Assembly (NCBI GenBank): GCA_965112155.1
Contig: OZ218098.1
Source of the DNA: Podarcis liolepis
Lineage: Eukaryota
Strand: one strand, 5' to 3'
DNA length: 64,000 nucleotides
Shown here: one piece after another, positions 50,571-63,589 of the stretch
Layout of the letters: each line of letters starts with the position of its first letter
How positions within the stretch are numbered: the stretch's first letter is position 1
Made by a program: the position numbers and the translations under genes
Notes under the pieces: generated by a model
Told to the model about the DNA's origin: nothing
Databases searched by the model: none
The model's input: only the letters and a program-made list of their open reading frames with translations

Positions 50571-53099
50571 TAAAAGAGAGAGGGGGGGGGAGAAATACCT
50601 TCAATATATTATGTCAAACTTTTGTTATCCAGAGAAATCACAAATTTGTGCTGCAGAAGAAGCACTCTTAATGACCAAGTATTGAAGCTTGATTTAAAAA
50701 AATAAAAATAAAATAAAATCACGTTTGGATGATTTTAGTGGGTAAAGGGGGTTCTGAAATGCTTTCTTCCAAAAATTCGCCTCTGTGGTGTTGTGAAAAG
50801 AGGCAACAAGCTACAGGGTATATCAACAGGCAGGTTAGCAGAGAGCTTTGTCATTTCCGCAAAGTAAAACAACAACAACAACCCACAAAAGCAGTCAATG
50901 CCAATGAATATTAACTCTGCGCACAGCAGCCAAAGTAATGCTAGAACTTTTTCTTTCTCCTAAGACTCGCAAAAAGACAGCAAAGGGAGTGAGCATCAGC
51001 AAGGGCTTTTCAGAAGGGCAGTTTTCCAAAGTTGCTGCTTCCCTGTCCACTATTTGCTTTAATGCCGACGTGAATGTTTCTTTTTGTCAACTTGGTTCCG
51101 CTTGGCGTTACAGTCAATCCACCAACTACAGAACTGCCTCTCAGATAGACGGCGAAGGCTAAAGCCTACTCTTTTGATCCGCCTGCAAAAGCCACGCTGA
51201 ACCCAATCCAAGATTTGATTGAGACAAAAAAAAAAAAAAGAGTAAACCTTCACCAAATCAAACACAACAAAATCACAGCGTGCCACAAGAGCACCACTCT
51301 TCATCCCTAAATTGATCAGCCTTGTGGGTCATATCTTATGCAGTCCACTTCTTCCATAATTCAGTCTACAGAAACTTACACCTTGTGCCTAATGTATCAT
51401 AAACTGGAATAGGCTTCGGCTCTGTGTTTGATTTTGGTCTTTATAAACAGAAGAGATGGGTTCTGCAAAATGTATTATTCACAAAAGGGCTGAAAGTATT
51501 CACCCACAGTTGTCAGACCTCAGTTTTGATGTCAGACTTAGGCAATTCTGTTGGACTACTGATTTTAGTGAGCAAAGGGGTTAAACATTTGCCCACTGCA
51601 GATATTTATAAAATGGCTGTTCAGATGGATTAAGCCCATTAACACTGGATTAACTCTGGTTAGCTAGGGAAGTTCTGGCATTATCTCCAAATGAACAACA
51701 AGATCTTAAAATTTTCAGCAGAATGCAACTCACTGGAGATTTTTCCTGCATAAGCACCATTGAAATGATGCAAGAATACTACAGTGTTTTTGCATGGCTC
51801 CCATTCATACCAATGGGGACTGCACAAAGATTTACAGTGGACTGTGATCTGTTAAAATATCTTCCATATTGGTGGAGCAGCCAATATCAAAATGTCACAA
51901 ATTCACATTTGTTGACATTTTCAGTTTTGGGTTGAGAACTGTGGCTAAGAGGGGCTTCTGAAGCCAGCTGCCCTCTGTTAATTTTGTAATCCTATAACCT
52001 GATAATGGGCTAACTGGTCTTTTTGAAATATAGAAGAGGGAATGTCAAAAAGTCACCTCTGTGCTGAAATCAGCAATCCCCTGCTCTAGCCTAGGGAAAT
52101 TTTCATATTCTTGGTGACATAAGGCCTAATTCTTCTTGCCCTAGGACAAATCCATTGGATCAAATGGCACTACTCCCGATTTACATACCTCCGAGATACA
52201 AATGCACCATCTTTAATTTTATTACCCCATTTAACAGCAGTTACAAATGAAGGAGGAATACAGTCTGTTAACAGAAGGGCTGAGCTAAGCGTAGGTAGCG
52301 GATTTTAGTATAGCGTTCTGCATAAAAGAAATACTGTAGCCACCACAGCCTACAAAACCAAAAACTCTTGTAACTGCCCTTGTCTTTCCCTGGACTATAA
52401 GAGGGAAATGGAAATAGTTATTCAAGGTAGAAATGGCTTCTAAGCATAGAGGAAAAGCAAATGCTTCCCTGTGTAGCTACTTACTGTGGCCATTTGTATC
52501 TTTAATACACAGAACTTTCTGCAACATAACGCCGGCCAGTATTCACTCCAATTCTTCATTCCTCCCATTACCCCATTCGTAAGTATTAGTTCTCACAAAG
52601 AGCAGATAATATGATAGTAAACCTGTTCCCAGGATCAAGGTGCTGGTGGGGGCCATTTTATTTTTTTTATGGAATACTTCCCCATACAATCAAAAAACCA
52701 ACACAGGAAACTGGAAGTGAGGGGGGAAAGTTCTAGTACAGCATTCCTCCCTCACATTCTAGTTTCCTATGTATGGAGGAATATTTTTTCCTATTTTGGA
52801 GTATTTTAGTGATATGAGCCTCACACCTGTAGTCTGAAATGATGCTATCCAGGCACAGGTTGGATTACCTCACCTGTGCTTGTTGAGAAATGAGACCAGC
52901 TCCCAACATTTTTCACAGGCTCTTTCTCACCCATTACAGTTCTGCTCCCTTCCCTATCAAACTGACAAACCCCATCCAGTTTTAACCCTCCAATAAGTCT
53001 CCTCACTTCTGAGCCTTTTCTCTTGCACATACATCTTTCGCAAAGTTGGCTGTTAGCGGTTTCAAGTATCAGCTCATACACAGGTTCTGCACTCGCCAA

Positions 53100-53640
53100 A
53101 GAACAAGCCCTCCTCCGTGGACGCAATTTACGGCGAGTCACGTGGTGCATTTTCGCTTTTAGTTCTCCCTAAAAGCATTTTCTGGAAACAGAAATGATGG
53201 ACCCTGAGAGTCCACCCACAATGGAATTGGGTCCATGAAACTTTGAGAGTGCAACGCATGTTGCTACTTGGTTTATTGTTGCTCCAACGCTTTGCCTGTT
53301 GTCTTCTTCCTGTGCCTTTTCCTTTCTGATCGCACCCACCCACCCCGCTCCAGAAGAAAACAAGATTCCTGAAATCTGGAAAGGAAACAGAGGGTGTGCT
53401 AATGACTCAGTAGGAGGCACTCTCTCCTCTGAGTCAATCCTATTCCAGAAGGAGCTACATAGCATTTGAAGGGTGCTGTGCAGCTGCAGGTGCTGCCTTT
53501 CCTGTGCACCGTATAATTAAGGCCTTTTGGGTTACTATAGATACCTTAGTCTTTTTTGCAGTAGTAAGTGTGCCTAGCAAAGCTCAAACTGGTGTAATTA
53601 TCTGGCGTTTTCGTCCTTGATGACTCAAAGGGCCACACTC
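53100..53640. promoter_or_regulatory. Putative AP-1/E-box enhancer
   Basis: GTCACGTGG at 53137; TGACTCA at 53403, TGAGTCA at 53430, TGACTCA at 53621; CAGCTG and CAGGTG at about 53481-53492. Confidence 0.4.
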
Positions 53641-56600
53641 TTCTTATTCACTTTCTATCCTAAACTCTGGTGGAAGGGGGCTAGGATGTCTTCTTAAATA
53701 GTTTTCTTGGGATGACTTTAATGCGGCAGTTCAGTTAAATATTGTCTGGATGAGCATCATGTGACCTTGCAGTCTCATGTGCAATTCTAGCTATAAGCCA
53801 TGTTTGATGACCACCAGAAATACCTGAGAGTGGCCTTACATTGAGCAGACCGGAGGAGAGGGCATGTGAGTTGGTGTACATCATAAAGTTGGCATTATGC
53901 GCATTAAAGAGCTACTTCCTGGCTTTGGGGACCAATCAAAAAGAACAATCAAGATGCTACAGTTCTGTACATGCTTGCTTGGGAATATGTCCCACGTGAA
54001 GATGAGACATAACCACTGAGTTAAAGTCAACCTATTGGTGAATTATTATTCCTGGCAGATTTAGCTGTCACAATGCACTTCCTGATTGCAAGAAGTGGGG
54101 AAAGAGAACCACAAAACTGACAAACTTGCTGTTGCTAATAGTTGCTTGATCTAGCTAAATAAGTCATTATTTATTGGTTATAGTTTAACTTGACAGCTAC
54201 TTTCTTCCTTAATTCTTGGTGGTACAGAACAAATGGCACAACTCGATATGGAAGTTTATCTGTCAACATGATGCCAAATTTTGAGGTAAACAGTAAATTA
54301 TTAGGTTTTTTTTTTAAAAAAAAGATTTTTGTTTTGTTTTGCTGGAGGGACATATTTGAAAAGGTGGGCTGATAAAATTAAAAGTAATTTGAAGGCACGT
54401 CATGAAACGATCGAGGTGCAACATTGTCTTTTTGTCAGAGTCATTCTTGCACGCACAATTATTTTCTTTCACTCTCACCAACCTACCTCAAACAAAGCAT
54501 CAGATTCTGAATTTCCTACACATTGGTACAAACCACTGGGGGGGGGGCAGAAGGAAAGGAGGACTGGCTACCTACCACTAAGTAAAATACAACTGCAAAG
54601 AGGAAATAAAAAAATACAAATGGATCAAATATAAGGGAATGTTGGTTAAAATATCCCATAAATAATACTTTCAGAGTTAAAATTACTCTGAGAATAGAAC
54701 TAAGGCGGGGTTTCAATGAAGCATGCAGTCTTGATTGAAATGGCGTAGGGGCGACTTTTTCCACTTATGTGCGTACAGAAACATCACTCTCTCTCTCACT
54801 CTCCGCATGTATTTATTTTAATGTAAAACTACATTGATCATAGTTTTGATTATGAACCTCACTTTTCCCCAAAAGAGCAATGACAGCGATCTTTAACGTA
54901 ATAATTTATTTTATTTTTTTGCTGAATGCCTTGGGCTCCTTTCCCCTTTCTTTCTTCCCTTCATTCCACCAACTGAAACAGAGACAATTCTTTGTATGTT
55001 GAAACGTGCAATTATCATGTATCCAAAAAGGAGGGTGTAATTTTCACATCTGATTACAAGGGAAGAGTGTAAGAGAAGCTGCCTCGGTAAACATACACTT
55101 GTTTACAGAGCAATACCCTTGATATTAAAATCTTCAAAAAAACACATGAACCACTGAAGTGGGGGGGGGGGCAAGATTGCCATGCGGCAAAGCAAAAACT
55201 AAGCATTTCTCTTGGCGTGGCTACAAATGGAGAAGTCAAGTCTTCTGAACTTGAACATGCCTACTTACTTCAGATGAATGCTAAGAAGATATGCAGCCCA
55301 ATTTGATTTGCAGTTACTCAGAGTTTAAGTCCCATTGAATTAAATGGAACTACTATGTAAGTGTACACAGGATCATAGCCTTGCAGCATGTTCTTGTTGC
55401 ACGGTGAGCTAAGGAGTTTGTGCTGTTTTTTTAACCAGCTAATAATTCTAAGGAAGTATGTGAAATGCTTTGGCTACTTAAACACCTATTTGCTCAGTTT
55501 AAACTGAAGAACCCAAGTCCTTTGTAAACCCACGTCCTTTTCTTTTAAAATGGTGTGTTTTTTCTGTCACTTTTTATTTTTTACTCTTCCCCATCCCCCC
55601 CCCCCCGCCTCATGTCTTCATTTTTGGTGTGTGCTGATTTACCTTTGATAAGATGAGCTTCTGAGTATAAGAAATTATTTTTGTTGTCATGTAGGAAGAG
55701 ATGCTATCTTGGAAAACACAGTGCAGTTTACAGATTGCTTAGTAAGGAGATCAGAGATAGTGGGAAGAGAGATCGCACAACAGGTAAGGTTAGAAAACAT
55801 GCCCCGAAGCTGAAAATGATACAAGCAGCCTTTTAAAATGATATAATAAAAAACAATTGCCGTGGTGCAATTGTGGGCATTTTAGAAAGCACTTTCTAAA
55901 CTACCTTGTGAGGACCGATACTGGAAATTAAAGCACAGCAACCCCATTCTTAAGCAGGAACAAAAAGGAAAATATAGACAGGCCTGGATTTCTTAGGGAA
56001 GGAAAGGGACCTCATGCATTGCATAAACAAAATGATTATTTTATAAGGCTAAAGGCATCCGGTGTGAAATTTTTTAAATATATGGAAGAATTGATTTTAT
56101 CTGGGCATGAAGACTACTTTAAGCCAAGGAGAACTTGAAACACTTTTGTTATTGGGACGGGGAATTAAGGGGGAAAGCAATGGTTCCTTTAGACTAGTTG
56201 TTCTCTTCAAATGTTCTCTTCATTGAAAACCTACCTTGTGGTCCACTTTTTCCATAAAACAACGTTCCTGGTTCAGAAATCTGCTTGCCAATAGCAGTTT
56301 GATTTGGGATCAGCTTTTATTGGGCAACCCTGAGAAGAGTAGCCTGGTTATTTAAAAAGAGAAAAGTATTGTCTAATATCCACTTGTAATCACAATTACT
56401 GTCCAAGTATTTGTGGTGTCTTCAGAGGTCTATGTGAAATCAGAGGCAGTCTGTACTTTCCAACCTGTTTGCTCTGCAATTTGTTCTGCATGCTTCCATT
56501 GAACTGTAGCAGAACTACTGCCATAGCTAGCACCACTGTATCACTGAAGAGACAAATCTATTTGAATAGTGACTTCATAGCCCACTTCAGCAGAGTTAAG

Positions 56601-56732
56601 AAATGGTCTAAGAAGGTTGTATGATGGGTATATGTGCCCATGTACCTCGCTATTTAGTGCAGGTGGTTTTATCCATGCAACTAGTTTTAGTATTCCTGAA
56701 AATGCCTTCCTTAAGACATCCATAATCTTATA

Positions 56733-56974
56733 CAGTGGTACCTCAGGTTACATACGCTTCAGGTTACATACGCTTCAGGTTACAGACTCCGCCAACCCAG
56801 AAATAGTGCTTCAGATTAAGAACTTTGCTTCAGGATGAGAACAGAAATCGTGCTCTGGCGGCGCGGCAGCAGCAGGAGGCTCCATTAGCTAAAGTGGTGC
56901 TTCAGGTTAAGAACAGTTTCAGGTTAAGTACGGACTTCTGGAACGAATTAAGTACTTAACCTGAGGTACCACTG
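56733..56974. mobile_element. pogo/Tigger-like MITE, variant B
   Basis: TA|CAGTGGTACCTCAGGTTA ... TAACCTGAGGTACCACTG|TA: 18-bp perfect TIRs and 16-bp subterminal tandem repeats. Confidence 0.95.
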
Positions 56975-59887
56975 TATTAGGGGAAGTCCGTTTTGTGATA
57001 GGAGGGCTTCAACAAGTTTCCAGGATTAAAGTTTTTTTGGCTTTTCCACATACGCAGAAAACCTGATTTTTATTTACATGAAAAGGACTCAAAAAGCTAA
57101 AAATTGTAACACCCCCTTCCCCCTTCTTTATATGTGAACTGGGCAGGCAGGTGAATGACCAACGTGTCTCCCTGTGTCATGTGCAGTTTGGTCCTTAGTT
57201 TATAGGAAAAAGGCAGACTCAAGCTCTTAACACAGCAGCCTGTTTCTCTAACTGTGTGGCACTATCATTAGTTAGGCATTTGCGTCTTCACAGTTGAAAC
57301 ACTAGTAGCCAGACAGAACTAACTCATATAAATACGGGCTGACTGTCAAATAAAATGGGCCATAACCCTTAAATGAAATTCTGTACATTATTATGTATGT
57401 CAGTGGAAGAAGTCACTGCATAGAATAGTGTGCACTGGTGTTAGGATTGTGTGGGTGTATTTGGTGTCTAGTGCAATTCTCTCCACACACACCCCCCCCC
57501 CCCCCGCATAGCCTCAACGTATTTAAAACAATGAATTAATATATCTTCAGCACCCCAATCAATGCTGAGAATGCACTTTCATTTTTCACAGAGTTGTTAG
57601 AGTACATTTGCTTATATTTTGCACTATTTTAATTTAACCATATTGATCAAAATAAGCACTCAATACAACCTTAGGCACCTAAGCCTTATTAAAATTAGTC
57701 AACTTGAAGCAAGTGACCTGAGGAAGAAAATTGCTCAGGGATTTTATATGCAGAGAACCCAACTTACATAAATACCTGTTAATGAAATAAATCTCTTAAG
57801 TGAATACGTTTTCTTTAGACTGAACTTGAACACACAGGAAATGCCCGTGAGGCCCTTTAGGTGACAAGCTCATGTGTGAATATGCAAGTTTTAAAAGTCC
57901 ATTTTTATCACTAATCACAAGCCTGCTTTGTGTTTTCCCTCCTGTTATTAGAATTAAGAAAGACTGCACCTGTTACTGTTGTGAGATCCTCTGTTGCTAA
58001 ACTGTTGAAACTGCACATACAATTATATCCAGTTGCATATCATATAATTTGTCTATATAATATACTGGGGGAATAGTACAATGGTTCTTCTGGTAACTCG
58101 CCCACTCATTTTGTCCCTGTGCAAATTAGTTAGGCCGCACTCCTAGCACTTGCATAAGAGAAACGGGACGAGGGGGGGCAGAGAGAGATAAATAAAATAA
58201 AATCCAAGGCTTTCCCCCCCCTCCAGACTAGTTTATGCTCTAACAAATAATATGTTTTCCTGCTACAAAAGTTGCCACATTTCTTCAGCCGGGTTGAGAG
58301 GCATAATTAAAACACAAGCTCTCGGGGCTGGCTTTAACAGTGATTTGCAATACACCCCTTTTGACACATTCTAGTTCAAAAATATTGTTTTCAGAAACAT
58401 TGCTGTTTCTTGAAGGGGGGGGTTGCTGAAGTGATGCTACACAGCATTTTAAACTGATTAATCCTGTCTTTCCTCAGAGGACTTGACCTGCGATGATGTT
58501 TTATTTTAGTCGAAATGGGACGAGGTGGAGGAGATACAGGATGTAGCCAAGGATAGACGTCTTACTGCAATACCTTTTAATGAACTGAGCCAAAAATGAA
58601 CGGTATGATCTTTAGAGATTTCCTCCAACCTGTTTATCAGAGACTGCCTATAGAGATATCTGTGTACTTATTCTCTCACCCCACCGCCTTGCTCTGCCTC
58701 CTTCTCCAGCCTTGTAAAGGATATTAACTAGTTGCCTAAACAAAATCCCAAATGTGAGTCAGGTCTTGTGGCAGTAGCACAACTGCTGTGGTATTGCTGG
58801 CCAGAATTCACCCCAGTAAAACGCCAATGTTATGCTTGCTCTTTTAGAATTCAAGAGAAACACGCGCATCCACTGAATCTCCAACTCCAACTTTATTTCA
58901 TTTATAAATTACGAGAACGATGCGATTATATATTATTAATTTCTGCTGTTCTCCAACTCGGCTGCAGCAGTGAGCTGCGGATGTTGGAACGCTGTAATTA
59001 TGTTCTAGTAGGGCAGCCATCCGTTTCCTTTCAAAAATTTACAGGATTCTTAATCATGCTGCTCATTTGGGTGCGCAATAGCGAGGATAGCGAAACACAA
59101 ACATGGCACGTTCGTTTACACAGGAACACCTGCTTAGCGTGATAGCAGATGTCAGTCAGCAAGAGGAACACAAAAGGGGAAAAAAATACCAACAACAGCA
59201 AACTCAGAACCATTTTCAAACCAGCGCGGTGAAATCTCCCCAGCAAGAATATAAATGGCTGGGCATTCATTTTACAAATGAAGGAAGCCAGGGCGCCAAT
59301 ATGTTGGAAAGTCTCACTTGACTCACTTGAAGACTGAGTTGACTGCAAGACACTCATTTGGAATGTGCAAAATAGCTTGCACCAAATCTATGCTTTGGGG
59401 TTTGGAAACCCATCATTTGGGCTTCAATACAAGACATGTATTAGAAGAAGCAAGCATATAGTGCATGGAGCATAGAGATGTATAGCTACATGTATGGTGG
59501 TACAACATGCACCACCATTGCTTTATAAGTATGAACAACTGGTGGTATATGCTTTCTGAACTTTATATGCAAGTAGATAACGGGCGTTGGGGTGGAACTT
59601 TGCTTCAGTTCAAAGTTAAAATAATTTTTTGAAATATATTTTATAAAAGCCAAAATGAAATTACCAGCTGGGAAGAATGGGAGTGTCATGTTTTAAAGTT
59701 CTGTGCTTCTATTTTTTTGTGGCAACAGGTTGCTTTGTGAAGTACAGCTCCCCCACCCCCATATTTAGGACTTAGGGTGCATTATTTTTGCAGGTGGGTA
59801 TTGATATACTCTCTGAACACAATTTGCAGTTAACTATTTTTCCTAAGGATTGTTAGAATTCAGAGTGAGTCAACTTACGTAGGTCTG

Positions 59888-60134
59888 TGCATTAAAGACT
59901 CCCTAAGTATGCATTGACTTGATACCCAGTAATGGCTTCTAAGGAGCCGTTATGTAGTATCGTGTCAATGATCCATGCATTGAGGACTCCCTAAGTACGC
60001 ATTGACACGATAGACCGTAACAGCTCTGAAGAAGCCGTTACGGTCTATCATGACAATGATCTGCAGATATTGGCAGCGCCTCTTGCTCTTTCATAAAGAT
60101 TGTAAAAGTCTCTGAAGAAGCTGTTACGATCATG
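59888..60134. repeat. Tandem array (88-bp period) of long palindromes
   Basis: Units start at 59888 and 59976, with a partial third palindrome at 60098-60131. Each carries a ..GTAA.RGCT..AGC.GTTA.. fold-back. Confidence 0.85.
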
Positions 60135-61435
60135 CTGCAAGACTCATCAATCAGATCAATGACAGAGTTTTGCTCTTCCATTTATCTTTGCAGTGCTGTG
60201 TTTTCTTTTTAAGATTGTAGTACCACAGAGGTCAACATACTTAAACATAGCACCTGCCGATGGAGTGGCTTTAGATGTCTGCAGATATGTAGAGTAGAGC
60301 AGAAAACTACTATTCTTACAATAGAGTCCTACGCGTGTTTTATTGGGAGTGAGTTTATATGGCTGGATTTGAACTGTGGCTTAATCCAAGACCAGCCTTT
60401 GTATTTCAGACTAAACTTTTAACACAGAGGATAATATTCATGAGGGTCTTCAGGTGACAATTTCAGCTGTCAATATGCCAGATTAGAAGATCCACGTTTC
60501 TTGTTCAATACAAGTCCTGATGAGTTGGTACTCTTATTTCTCAACCTGCTTATGCAAAATATTGTAAAGGTTTTATTAAACAAAATATCTATGAAATTGA
60601 AGAAAAAGAATTACTATTGAAAGGTTTGCCTCCTATGAGAAGGTGTATTGCTTTCCCTCCTTCGTGCCTGAGTATAAAATGACAATGTAAACCTTGAAAA
60701 TATTGCAATTATATTGTTGTATGGGACAGTATACAAGATATATACACAAGATCAAGATGAACTTTAGAGGCCTTTCCTCTGAATTTCTTGGCATTTTATG
60801 GGTTTGTAACAGAATTGCAGCATTATTTTGATTCCGCACCCCAACACAAACATAAACACACTGTGTGTTTCACATTATATATAAATGTTTGTGTTTGACG
60901 AAATGTCATCCTTGTTTTCTGAGCTGCTACAGATTCCTATGAAAACATTATGAGTCTCGCCTTTTTGTGGCATCTTTGGCTGATGAAGATGGGTTGGAAT
61001 GTTCTTTTGGGAAAGAAAGCTCTCAGAATGAAGTTGGACTTTATACATGCTCTAGGACTATAAAAGAATAATTAGATACTCTGCAAGATGTTAGCTTCTG
61101 AGAAAATTCAGATGCTTTATGTACAATTTGAGGGCATAGTTTTTAATTAATTCTTCAGCAGTGGTGTAGCTGTCCTACGTGGCACCTTTATTTTACATAC
61201 TATTTATGATGCATTATCTTTTGCTCTGTTTATCGACATTGCACAGCCCGTCAACTGTCAAAATAGCTCTTTCCCCAATTTAGAATCAAAAGTGAAACAT
61301 CCTTCAGCAAGCTATGGCCAAAGAGGGAAAGGAAACCCGAAAGAACTGTGTGCAGAATCATGAACGTCTTGAGATGTCCAAGAATGGGACTGTGAGCTGG
61401 AATTTGCCGTTGGAATTCTGGATAGGATGTGTAGG

Positions 61436-61628
61436 AGAAAGGTCATAGGTCAATAGCAGAGCACACGTGTTACATGCAAAATATTCAGGCTCAATCAGTG
61501 GCATCTCTAGGTAGGCCTACCGAAGACTCCTGCCTGAAACTGTGGAGAGCTGCTTCCACTCAATGTCAACAATACTGAGCTAAATGCATCAACAATCTGA
61601 TTTGGTTTAAAGCCACTTCTTGTGTTTC
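61436..61628 (+). mobile_element. tRNA-derived squamate SINE (Squam2/Anolis SINE2-like), degenerate
   Basis: A tRNA-like head GGTCATAGGTCAATAGCAGAGCA...CATGCA...GGCTCAATC..TGGCATCTC, then AGACTCCTGCCTGAAAC..TGGAGAGCTGC and a CAATACTGAGCTA tail region. Confidence 0.75.
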
Positions 61629-62719
61629 CCAAGAGGAAAGGGAACCATTCTGAACACAAATAACTGGGGACCAAGGGCAAAAAAGGATGAAATATGGAGA
61701 AAAACTTCCAGCTAAGCAACTAACATTGTGTTACTCATTTCATACTAAGTGGATTCCGGAAATGCATGACAAGACAGTAACGAGGTGGTGCTGTGGTGGT
61801 AAAATGGGTTCTGTAAAAAACAAAGCAGTCATTATCATCCACTGTCTGCTTGCCATCATCCTACGCATTGCAAACCAATCCTTTCGTGGGTTAGGCCAAT
61901 TAAACTACTGAGGTGGAAGTTTCCAAAAGCAGTAGCACACTTGTTTCTAAGGAAGCAACTGCAGAAATAAAGAAGCACCTGAGATAAGAACTTCCAGAAA
62001 GTACCTCTAGTTGTGATTTACCTTCGCTGACCCCCCCCCCAGCACTGCCCTTTAGATGCTTTGGGAGGGGGGGTCTAGTTTGCAAAAGGCTATAAAACAT
62101 TAACGGATACTAGGCAAACCCAAAGAATTACAGAGTACGCACACTTGGAATTAAGTTCTACTGAGTTCAACAGGCCTTATTCCCAAGTCAAAGTATGTAG
62201 GATTGCAGCCAAATTAATTTGTCTCTATAGGAATAATCCATAATAACATGGTAAGAAACAACAAAACAGAATTGAGCAGAAACACAGAACATTTTCCATA
62301 ATTACTAATATGTAATTTGAATCAAGAATCTTTAGTGGCACTAATGACATTTTCTCTTTCCAGTGTAAAACATTCAGTAGGTAGTATGCAACTGTGTGAT
62401 GGAAGAAGCTTCCATCAGCAGAAGGGAGAAAACCATTCCCCAATTCCCTCTATAGCCCTCTATACCACCCCAAATCTGCCCCAGTGTTGAGGTACCTTTG
62501 GGAACAGGTAGAGAACTGCAGAGGAAATAGAATCACCCTAAATTTCCTTCATTGGTGTTCCCAGCTTTGGACACCTCTTCTGGATCAAAAAGCCTTCAGA
62601 GAACTTCCAGGAACTCAGAGAAGTTCCATCCAGCCCACTCATGTCTACTTGGACCTGCAACAATTCTCCAGGGTCTCTGTCTTTCACATCACATGCTACC
62701 TGATCCTTGTGTTACTTTT

Positions 62720-62820
62720 TTCATTGTTGTTCATTATTATGTTGTGTATTTTTGTGGTTTTATACCGCCCTGTGATCCTCAGATAGTGGGTGGTCTATAG
62801 ATTTAATAAATAAATAATAT
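62720..62820 (+). mobile_element. L2 LINE extreme 3' end
   Basis: ..CCGCCCTGTGATCCTCAGATAGTGGGTGGTCTATAGATTTAATAAATAAATAAT tail. Confidence 0.6.
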
Positions 62821-63375
62821 ACACATAATTGAACCATGGAGCTTCTGGGTGCAATGAACATGATCCAATGAAAAGAGGAACGATCACTTCCACCACTTTT
62901 AAGTTGTTTCATGATCTACCTGAAGCTTGAATATTTAACACAGAGCACAGCACAATGCTCAACAGGTTCCAGTATGTGCCTATGTTCCTTGACTCAACTT
63001 TACAAAGGAGTGGAGAAATTAATGGATGTCTGGGCCTATCGTTTGCTTTTTTCTGTTTTGCTTAATAGCTGCACCTCTAATACCTAGTAATTAAAGGCAG
63101 TATACTTCTAATTACCAGATGTTGGGAGGGGAGGGGTCAAAGAATAAAGGTTGGTCTCCTCCTTCACAGGGGCAACTGGTAAAGAGCTGCTAGAGTTACG
63201 TTGCAGGACTATTTCCATCTTTGGATTCATCAAAGCAACTCTTATTTATGTTAAATATGCTATAAGCAGAACCCTGATGGGAGTCAGAGTCCGACAAGTG
63301 TCCATGTCCTACTGGAATGTGGTGAAATGATCTGAGGTGAATCTGCTTTCAGATCCTACACATGTCAAGCAGAAA

Positions 63376-63469
63376 GTGATGGGACTCTCTGAGACGCTTC
63401 TCTGCCAATCAATACTGGGCTAGATGGACAAATAAGAGCTTGTTATAAGGCAGCTTCCTATGGTCCTAT
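63376..63469 (+). mobile_element. 3' fragment of the same SINE family as 61436
   Basis: CAATACTGGGCTAGATGGAC...TATAAGGCAGCTTCCTATGGTCCTA. Confidence 0.7.
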
Positions 63470-63589
63470 TCTCATAAACAGAGGAACATAAAAGAATGAA
63501 AACACTCGTCGTGGCGTTACCACATCAAATTTCAGAGTGATGTGAGTGGAACTCATGTGCGTGTGTCTCTTGAAAAGTATATGCCAGGG

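Noticed and set aside
52845-53465. Overlapping minus-strand ORFs ending near a CAG|GTGAGG donor
   Set aside because: The peptides are not recognisable and there is no good acceptor. The region is better explained as regulatory sequence.
54140-54165. miR-218-like stretch TGCTTGATCTA
   Set aside because: Partial match only, the seed differs, and there is no precursor hairpin.
60020-60060. CTGAAGA in the tandem palindrome as a Penelope-type hammerhead ribozyme
   Set aside because: No GAAA motif follows the putative stem II.
59888-60134. CRISPR-like array
   Set aside because: Vertebrate DNA, no cas genes, and the inter-palindrome segments are themselves repeated rather than unique spacers.
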